From contig NEWT02000035.1 of NCBI GenBank assembly GCA_002869925.2, positions 587,442 through 651,441 of the forward strand: a stretch of 64,000 bases of DNA, written 5' to 3'. This stretch comes from Nitrospira sp. CG24A. GTDB lineage: Bacteria > Nitrospirota > Nitrospiria > Nitrospirales > Nitrospiraceae. Both the position numbers and the translations under genes were made by a program. Below the pieces are notes generated by a model that ran no database searches, was not told the origin of the DNA, and saw nothing but the letters and a program-made list of their open reading frames with translations. Shown here piece after piece: positions 45,905 through 53,240 of this stretch. The stretch's first letter is position 1; each line of letters begins with the position of its first letter.

Positions 45905-47263
45905 TCAACATTCACTGCGAACATCCCCTTTGCCGAGCCGTTTCTGAACGAACGCTCGTTCCTCCGCCTCGGTGGTGATCGTCCCATCGATGCGGGCATC
46001 CAATAATTTCCCCAAGATCGTTGTGTACAGCGGTCCAGGTTGCAGCCCCATGGCTTGAAGATCTCGCCCCGTCAGGGCCGTTTTGACAGTCTTGCTCTTC
46101 ATATAGGCCACAAGCTGTCGTTTCAATAGGCTACCTCCCCCCGCCGCCTGCGCGCTTGCCTGCTTTGCCAGAAGCAGGACACACGCTTCATCCGAAAAAT
46201 CTACCAAGAAACGAAATACTTGTGAGGGCCGTACTGTCCCTGGATCGGTGAGTCGCTTCAGCACGCGTTCGACCCGCTGTCTTCCAACGTTCATCTTCTT
46301 AGCCTGCTCACGTGACAGCGCAAGCCGCCGGATCATCGTGGCCACGACGGCTTGGCTGGACTCGCTCGACAAGGCCATGAGATAGACAATCGGCTTGTCG
46401 ATCACAGAATCTGGGAATCGACGCCCCCACCAAGCGAGCGCCTTGGGAACGGCAGCGACCGTTCGCTTCACGCTTTTCGTATAGCACAGATGGCGATGGA
46501 GGAAGCGAAGCAGTTTCAACTGCCCTAGTCTTGCCATCGCACGCGCTGGATCGCGCTCCGCGAACAGCAACAAGACTTCGTTCTGCAATCGAGGACCGGA
46601 CAGTCGCTGGATCAGATTCATGGAGGCTGCTTGCGCCAGCAGGCGCGCGGTGGCAGGATCGAGACGGAAACCGAATCGTTGTTCAAACCGGATCGCTCTG
46701 AAGATGCGCGTGGGATCGTCTTGAAAACTTCCCGCATGCAGCACGCGGATCACACGCGCCCGAAGATCGCGCTGCCCTCCATAGGGGTCGAACAACTGCC
46801 CGAACGTGGCGCGATTCAGCTGAACCGCCATCGCATTGATCGTGAAATCCCGCCGGGAGAGATCCTCTTCCATCGCGGCTGGCTGAACCGTCGGCAAGAG
46901 AGCGGGCTGAGCATAGGACTCTCGCCTGGTGGTCGCGATATCCATCTTGAGTCCGTCTGGAAACGCGAGCCGCGCAGTAGCGAACCGTTCAAATACCGCC
47001 AGCCCAGCCCGGTATCGATCTGCCACCAGCCGCGCAAAGGCGATCCCGTCTCCCTCGACCGTGAGATCAAGATCACAGGTCTCTCGCTTCAGCAAGAGAT
47101 CGCGGACAACTCCACCGACGAGATATAACGATACCCCACCCTCATCCGCGAGATTCCCAAGTTCACGAAGCAGGGAAAGACGTTTCTGAGAGAGACGGCT
47201 CAGCAGAGATCTTTCGGTCATTCGACGCGTCACGGCGTGCCATTGTAACAATCTCCCTCTCAA
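45905..47263 (-). CDS. tRNA nucleotidyltransferase / poly(A) polymerase family (CCA-adding type)
   Basis: LYLVGGVVRDLLL....DLDLTVEGD head-domain motifs and RRDFTINAMA. Start uncertain (TTG at 47263 or a downstream ATG). Confidence 0.8.
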   Translation of the reverse strand: MRGRLLQWHAVTRRMTERSLLSRLSQKRLSLLRELGNLADEGGVSLYLVGGVVRDLLLKRETCDLDLTVEGDGIAFARLVADRYRAGLAVFERFATARLAFPDGLKMDIATTRRESYAQPALLPTVQPAAMEEDLSRRDFTINAMAVQLNRATFGQLFDPYGGQRDLRARVIRVLHAGSFQDDPTRIFRAIRFEQRFGFRLDPATARLLAQAASMNLIQRLSGPRLQNEVLLLFAERDPARAMARLGQLKLLRFLHRHLCYTKSVKRTVAAVPKALAWWGRRFPDSVIDKPIVYLMALSSESSQAVVATMIRRLALSREQAKKMNVGRQRVERVLKRLTDPGTVRPSQVFRFLVDFSDEACVLLLAKQASAQAAGGGSLLKRQLVAYMKSKTVKTALTGRDLQAMGLQPGPLYTTILGKLLDARIDGTITTEAEERAFVQKRLGKGDVRSEC

Positions 47264-47284
47264 TGAGGAACACCGTTCCTCATC

Positions 47285-47326
47285 AAAAAGACGGGGCGCT
47301 CAAGATACAATCCTGAGCGCCCCGTC
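47285..47326 (-). terminator. Rho-independent terminator
   Basis: On the minus strand: GACGGGGCGCTCA-GGATTGTATCT-TGAGCGCCCCGTC (perfect 13 bp stem) followed by TTTTT. Confidence 0.75.
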
Positions 47327-47520
47327 TAGCCCGTATTATTCATGAACACTTCTGCTGCAATCGCCGATCCGCTGCTACGACGAGCCTTCGGTCAGCGGGC
47401 TCGCCCCTCGGCCCCTCGACGTACTGCACGAGTACGCCTCAGGTCCTTCGGGCTCCGCACGCCGCTCTCGCGACGCGGCTCAGCGATTTCGCGACGAACC
47501 GTCATGAATAATGCGGGCTA
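47327..47520. repeat. Family-A palindromic (MITE-like) element, 194 bp copy
   Basis: TAGCCCGTATTATTCATGA ... TCATGAATAATGCGGGCTA. It sits between a stop codon and its terminator and is flanked by TA. Confidence 0.9.
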
Positions 47521-47539
47521 ATCTCCGCACAACTTCGAA

Positions 47540-47866
47540 TTACCGATGTCGCTCGCCTTGGCGATCGTGCTTCTGACGTGCGACATGGCGCGAGGCGCGA
47601 TTCTGTGCCGCGCCGATCCTGGCCCGTTCCCTCTTCGTCATGGCACCATCGGACATTGCCCTGTCTTCCATCTTGCCGATGCGCCCTTGCTGCTTGTTCA
47701 GGCGGTTTGCTTCTCGCTCGTTCAGCTGCCCGCTCGCAATCCCCTGATCAATCCGCTGGTCTTGATTCATCTGCCGCTGATCGATCACAGGCGTTTCTGC
47801 TTGAGCGAAGACTATTCCACTCACCATCAACGTCATCGCACTGACCGCGAGCAACATCTTCTTCAT
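47540..47866 (-). CDS. Small secreted basic coiled-coil protein
   Basis: GGGGAGG Shine-Dalgarno. Signal peptide MKKMLLAVSAMTLMVSGIVFAQA. Gln/Arg-rich helical repeats. Confidence 0.65.
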   Translation of the reverse strand: MKKMLLAVSAMTLMVSGIVFAQAETPVIDQRQMNQDQRIDQGIASGQLNEREANRLNKQQGRIGKMEDRAMSDGAMTKRERARIGAAQNRASRHVARQKHDRQGERHR

Positions 47867-48759
47867 TCTCGCCTCCCCAAGTCTGAAAGTTAGGTCCTCA
47901 ATGCCTATGGGCAACGCCCAGTCGACAAAACCACGCTCGGTTGCACACCACTCCCTGTCCAATATCAGACCACTCCAGTACCGTCCATTCTTTTATGGTT
48001 TCCTGATTCTTCGTTCTCGCTTCGCTCAGAAACTCAACATACCGAAGAAATTCTTGGGAGGCCGGAGACACGAGAACAGCGTATCCGTTCGCCACGATTC
48101 ATTGTACAGACAAACCACCCACACGAAGTGCGCTGTGACCTCCTCGTTTCCTCGCTCACAAGTGTTTCAGCGGGCTGCGAATAAGGCTGCCCCTATGCTG
48201 AAACATGCATGCGGCTGTGCGATCACTCCGTGCCGCAGACAACTTCCCAAAACGCATGACTCATACCCTCTGATTCGACCGGAAGCCAGTTGTCCTTGCC
48301 TATATATCCATCACGCGGTATGCCGGTTCCCATACCGCATGAGAACTCCGTACAGGCCAGCAGCCGAAAACGCTTGTCCGTGCAGTCGAATTGCTTCTGG
48401 GTCTTCGTAGATAAAAATCTAGTGGGCCTCTCGAATTCCCCTGCATCCATTTACAGTCAATGAGTTGCCATATCGCTACCAGATTCCCTTCTCTGCGAAT
48501 GCTCTCTGGATCGACATAGACAGTCTACAGTCCTGGCAACAGATAGTCTTTCTCAACAGCCACCCATTCCGCATACGCTGGAATACTACTCAGAAATAGA
48601 AATATGATCGGTGACCAGAGGCCCGAGAAGTAGGAGACCCGTTGTGCACACCCCCCTCAATAGCGCAACGGCCCATCTGTGTTGCGTGTGAGAAGGAGCG
48701 TATGGATCAACCTGTCTCTGATAGAAGATCAACGTGGCGGGATTCAAACATTGACCGTT

Positions 48760-49245
48760 TTACTCTACCACCCAGATCGCAAAGCCCTTGGCGTCGCGCA
48801 AGATATGATCGGTTGTGCCGCCACCAAAGATCTGCTTGATCCGGGATATCCCCTGCCGCCCCACAACGATGGTATCGTGATGTCCACTTCGGGCCTCTTC
48901 GAGAATGTTTCTGGCAATATTGTCATCATGACCATACTTCACCGCCACGTGGCTCATGTCGAACCCGGATTGTGCCAGCGTTTCCCACGCCTCCTTCAAG
49001 ATATGGCACTCGGACTCCCGTTCCTTCCGAATCCAGACTTCCTGCTCATCGCGCAACTGCACACTTAATTGTTCCTCTGCGGCAGGATTCTCCGATCCGC
49101 CATGCTCCAGCAACCCCCGCGGCATGGGCTTGAGCACATGAAAGAGCGTGACGGCAACTTCAGGCGTTCGACCTAGAAGAGATCCAACATACTGGACCAC
49201 GCGATGGGAGTTCTCGGACTCGTCGACGGCCAGGAGAATTCGCAT
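48760..49245 (-). CDS. Universal stress protein
   Basis: AAGGAGG Shine-Dalgarno. MRILLAVDESE.S...V.... and C-terminal IVVGRQGISRIKQIFGGGTTDHILRDAKGFAIWVV. Confidence 0.85.
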   Translation of the reverse strand: MRILLAVDESENSHRVVQYVGSLLGRTPEVAVTLFHVLKPMPRGLLEHGGSENPAAEEQLSVQLRDEQEVWIRKERESECHILKEAWETLAQSGFDMSHVAVKYGHDDNIARNILEEARSGHHDTIVVGRQGISRIKQIFGGGTTDHILRDAKGFAIWVVE

Positions 49246-49448
49246 AACAACCTCCTTGGCAAGGTGGGACAAACGGTGCACCGTATATATTATCCCCCTT
49301 GAATTCCCTGATTCCAAGGGGCTGCCAGGGCAAGCCCCATCCAAATTGCCGGAGGCAAGGAGCCTGGACTTGGAATCAAGAAGCGAGGGTGCGCAACGAT
49401 ACACGAGGGTCAAGTCGACCCGACTCGCTGCCTTCTGCTGAGTGGTAC

Positions 49449-50234
49449 TTACGGAAGGATGATGGCCTGCTCGGAGTAGCCGATCGATTTGAGCGTCGCT
49501 TCCAGCGCGTCGGTCATCGGCGGGGGGCCGCAGAGAAAGATCACGGTGTCAGGACCGGGCGGCGGCAGATGTACGCGCAGCATGTCCTCGGTGATACGGC
49601 CCGTGCCTTGCGACCAACCAGAAGGCGGCTGCTCCAACACATGATAACAGTGGAAGTTCGCGTGCTCGCGGGCATCCTCGTCCCACTCCTCTCGGAAGAT
49701 GATGTCGGCCTCGACCTTGTTGGCAAAGACCAGAAACAACTCGACAGGGAGGCTCTGGGCAAGAATCCAGCGAATGATAGAAATCATCGGGGTGATGCCC
49801 GTGCCGCCTGCCACAAACCCCACCCGCTTCGCCATGCCATCCACCCAATGGCCGCCAGGATTCGGCCCACTCATCAGCACGCGGTCTCCAGCCCCCCGCG
49901 CATGGAGATACCTCGACACCACGCCAGCTTCGTACCGCTTGACCGTCAAGTCGAAGTATCCCGTGGCGCCGGGCATCGACGACGGCGTGTAGGGCCGTTT
50001 TACCTGCTTCCCGTCGATCGACGCATGGACATAGAGAAAATCGCCCGGCAGCATGTCCAGCGTGGCATCGTCAGGAAGGGTAAAGCAGAACGTCTTTGTG
50101 TCGTGGGTGTCGTGATGAATCGACGAGAGCTCGTAGGGTACGGGCGTCTTCGACTTGATGCGTGTGACGGGCTCCACACTCATGCCTGCATCATACGAGC
50201 CTGAGAGAACACCCGCAACAGAGAAAACATGCAC
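49449..50234 (-). CDS. Ferredoxin-reductase-type FAD/NAD(P)-binding oxidoreductase
   Basis: RPYTPSS (RxYS/T FAD motif), FVAGGTGITPM, FLCGPPPM. Start uncertain. Confidence 0.8.
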   Translation of the reverse strand: MHVFSVAGVLSGSYDAGMSVEPVTRIKSKTPVPYELSSIHHDTHDTKTFCFTLPDDATLDMLPGDFLYVHASIDGKQVKRPYTPSSMPGATGYFDLTVKRYEAGVVSRYLHARGAGDRVLMSGPNPGGHWVDGMAKRVGFVAGGTGITPMISIIRWILAQSLPVELFLVFANKVEADIIFREEWDEDAREHANFHCYHVLEQPPSGWSQGTGRITEDMLRVHLPPPGPDTVIFLCGPPPMTDALEATLKSIGYSEQAIILP

Positions 50235-50469
50235 GGTGGACGGCTAAGGATTGAGATGACAGCGGTGACAGGAGACCCGATTTTCGATCTGAATCGAATG
50301 AAGATTCCTTCATCGCGCACGGGGAGATCAGAAACTGGGAATGGCTCCTGACGTTGGCCCTGGCTGGTGCAGCAACGCTGTCAGCCTGCTAGAAAAACCT
50401 AACCCGCTTGGGAATAGCGTTCGCATCAGACTCTGGAACAGCACTTAGTCCGAATCGTACGCCCAGCTC

Positions 50470-51156
50470 TTAGGGAGCCGAGGTCGTTTCAAACGCTTTG
50501 ACCACAAGTGTTTTCTCTTTCATTCGTTTCACCAACCCTGCGTAACTGAGGTCGCGGATGATGCTGGTAAACTGCGCGTGGTAATTGCCGGTGATGCTGG
50601 CCCCATCGATGACTACATCGTATACAAGCCAATTGCCCAGCCGGTTCACCAATCGGAAATCAAGGAGCGTGTCCGTCTTTTGGTCGGCCAGCCTCGTTTT
50701 TACTTCGGCAAACCGGTCTTCGAGCTGTTCAGACAGATAGAACACCTGCTCGCCCGTATAGTCGTCGATCCTGCCGGCGAACGTGTCTCGGAGTAATTGA
50801 ACGAAGAGACCGACAAATTCCTGCCGTTCACTGTCCGCCAGCTCCACCCAGGGGACACCCAGAGCACGTTTGGCCATCTCTTCATAACTCACTCGATCCC
50901 TCACGATCTGCTCAATCCGTTGGCGTCGCTCCGCAGCACGGCCAGGCTGATTCAACTCAGCATTGTCGAGGATATGCACCACTTCGGTAATCGTGCTCTT
51001 CACGGCTTGTGTGGGAGTCATCTCAGCGGCAGCCGCACCAGTTGCTGTCAGCGCCAATAGCGCAGCCAAGCCGGCCATCGCGATCCAGCTTGAGCCGATA
51101 CGTTGTTTGGGACCGATAGAACTCTGATTCACTGCGTTGTGGGACATCTGGCCCAT
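50470..51156 (-). CDS. mlaC: MlaC/Ttg2D-family periplasmic lipid-binding protein
   Basis: Signal peptide, then TP.QAVK.T...V..IL......RR..I..IV...V.YEEMAKRALG..W..L...ER.EF..LF..LL fits the family pattern. Confidence 0.7.
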   Translation of the reverse strand: MGQMSHNAVNQSSIGPKQRIGSSWIAMAGLAALLALTATGAAAAEMTPTQAVKSTITEVVHILDNAELNQPGRAAERRQRIEQIVRDRVSYEEMAKRALGVPWVELADSERQEFVGLFVQLLRDTFAGRIDDYTGEQVFYLSEQLEDRFAEVKTRLADQKTDTLLDFRLVNRLGNWLVYDVVIDGASITGNYHAQFTSIIRDLSYAGLVKRMKEKTLVVKAFETTSAP

Positions 51157-51760
51157 GGGGTGGCCCTCCTCAGTTTTGCCAACAAGGGAGTTACCTCCCC
51201 TCTATACAGCTATACAGCAAGACTCATGCTGGACCCGCAAACCGAGAGGGCTCGATGATTCAACAGGTAAAAGACTAACAAAGCCAGCGACATGAGTCGG
51301 TGAATCAGACTCGTCTCATGAGGAGAAGACGCGCAAAGCCACTGGGGTATTGGGGCAGCATGACGAAGACGGAACTCACATGTCACTTAAATGCCTCAGT
51401 TCTTGGGAAATGGACACGCATCCAAACTGAGACAGAGAACCGTGCGCGCTCGTAAGGGGAATCGATGGAGCCATCCCCCGACAGGAATATCTTCATCACC
51501 GCCATGGTATAAGGCCTTGCCCGCGGACGAGGCGTTATGCCTACCGAACTACCATTTTCCAACTTTACAACCGGGATTGACTGCAACACCATGAGTGTTA
51601 TCAATAATCAGTAACCATAAACACTGAACGGAGGCCAACCGAGGCTGGGAGAATGGCCCAGTAGGTACGTGACGAAACACTGCATGGGGAAGCGACGGTA
51701 GGGGTGGAGGGTTTGCATGAGGCCGGGCCCAACGCCGCCGGAGCGGCTGAAAGGAGCCCT

Positions 51761-51952
51761 ATGTGGTTACTCATCATGATCCTACTCAATACAGTGCCGG
51801 GACTCGAAAAAATCACCGTGCTGAATACGTTTGCCACGTCTGAGGAATGCCAGAGTGAACGAAATCGGGTAGGCTTTGAGATGGCCGCAGCCTATCCCTA
51901 TGAACGTGATTTTATTATTGCCTGTCGATTGAATCCAAAGCACAGCTCATGA
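51761..51952 (+). CDS. 63 aa hypothetical protein
   Basis: AAAGGAG lies 5 nt before the ATG. Hydrophobic N-terminus MWLLIMILL. No other support. Confidence 0.3.
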   Translation: MWLLIMILLNTVPGLEKITVLNTFATSEECQSERNRVGFEMAAAYPYERDFIIACRLNPKHSS

Positions 51953-52338
51953 AAGCACTGAGGGGGAAGAAGGGAGAGCCAACGGTGTCGAGACTGAAAA
52001 TAAGGATGAGGATCTACCGGCAAGCGACCTCATGAAGTCGCGCAAACGGCACACTCAATTGCTCAAAGGTAGGAGTAACCATGCAATCCCGCTGGCAGAT
52101 GAGTCGTCTAAACACAGACTCCCGACCTCTTTTTTTCTTTCACAGACCTTCGTATTTCTTCGAGATAGACCTCTCAGCGAGACTTCAACGGACATTATGA
52201 TTGGCCACCTGCTGCTCACCACATTCTGGGAGCTTATCTGGTAGAATAAATTCCCCAAAGACGGAAGGTGCTATCTGGTGGTCTCACCTATAGAAGGGTT
52301 TTAATGGTGGTCTTTTCACTTCTTTTGAGAAAGGGAGA

Positions 52339-52728
52339 ATGCCGATGAGACGATCTACAACTCAACTCGCTATCACGCTGGCCGGAGTCCTAGCCTTAGT
52401 CGCCACCACAGTGTTGCCTTTGCAACCGGTATTCGGCGAGGGCGGGGCGCGGCGTGACGTTGTGCGTCAAGAAGAGCAGAACCTCAAGGACGCCCTCGAA
52501 CACGCGAAAGAAGCGGTGGACCATGGCAAACAGGGCCATGCTGACGCACTCCTGGCACATGCGGAAGCCGCGCTGCAGCATGCCCTGAAGGGAGGCACGG
52601 ATCATCCGCATGTGAACGAAGGAATCGCACATCTGAAAGAAACCATTGAGCATGGGAAAGCGGGTCATGCTGACGTAGCCACGAAACACGCAGAAACCGC
52701 TGTCCTGCACCTGTCTCAGGGAAAGTAA
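52339..52728 (+). CDS. smbP: Histidine-rich small metal-binding protein (SmbP-like)
   Basis: Signal peptide followed by reiterated helical units such as LEHAKEAVDHGKQGHADALLAHAEAALQHA and HLKETIEHGKAGHADVATKHAETAVLHL. Confidence 0.65.
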   Translation: MPMRRSTTQLAITLAGVLALVATTVLPLQPVFGEGGARRDVVRQEEQNLKDALEHAKEAVDHGKQGHADALLAHAEAALQHALKGGTDHPHVNEGIAHLKETIEHGKAGHADVATKHAETAVLHLSQGK

Positions 52729-52847
52729 GATAGCAAGGCAAAGAGGGTAGGTGAAGAAACGGGAATCAGCAACAGTGGAATCTCGCGTCTGGCTGCGGTC
52801 AGTCGCTGCTTGAAGCAGCGCCGAGTCGGCCAATGTGTGATGACAAG

Positions 52848-52992
52848 CCCTTTTCCATTTCCCTTCCTAGTTTGCCAACATCTCTTCGTGCCGGTGGCCA
52901 GGTCGATCCCCAACTGCGCGCGTCCAACGAGGACCTTCTGAGGCCGCGCGTTACGCGAGCACGGAAGGTCATCAGCCTCCATCCCCTCCTCT
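52848..52992. repeat. Copy 1 of a ~145 bp dispersed repeat downstream of the heme dioxygenase-like gene
   Basis: Shares blocks with copy 2: TTCC.T.TCC.TCCTAGTT.GCC, GGTCGATCC.CAACTGCGCGCGTC.AACGAG.AC, GCGCGTT.CGCGAGCA. Confidence 0.8.
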
Positions 52993-53096
52993 GTTCCAAA
53001 CATTCACTAAAGTGGCCAAGGCTGCCCTCCACTGTGCGTATCGAGCGACCACCGTTTCATCGTGGGGGCTCTGCGAGCAAGGAGGGCATCTGTCTC

Positions 53097-53240
53097 CTCC
53101 CTTCTTCCATCTCCTCTCCTAGTTCGCCTATTTTTCCCCATGAGGGTAGCCTGGTCGATCCTCAACTGCGCGCGTCGAACGAGCACATTCTTATCGTGCG
53201 CGTTCCGCGAGCAAGAGGACGACCAGGCCACCCTCATCTC
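53097..53240. repeat. Copy 2 of the ~145 bp repeat, abutting the stop codon at 53241
   Basis: Contains a long imperfect hairpin closed by CCTGGTCG (53150-53157) and CGACCAGG (53220-53227). Confidence 0.8.

Noticed and set aside
47898-48095. 65 aa ORF whose N-terminus (GYAVLVSPASQEFLRYVEFL) faintly resembles ParE/RelE-type toxins.
   Set aside because: It is too short. It runs into the upstream region of the neighbouring gene, has no adjacent antitoxin ORF, and the similarity is only a loose pattern.
52716-53237. Two paralogous small ORFs on the minus strand (53007-53237 and 52716-53003) as possible peptide substrates of the upstream heme enzyme.
   Set aside because: The AGGAG-like motifs abut the ATGs with essentially no spacer. 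The peptides are strongly Arg-rich, like out-of-frame GC-rich sequence. The opposite strand is equally open across the same repeats. I therefore treat them as non-coding repeats pending data.
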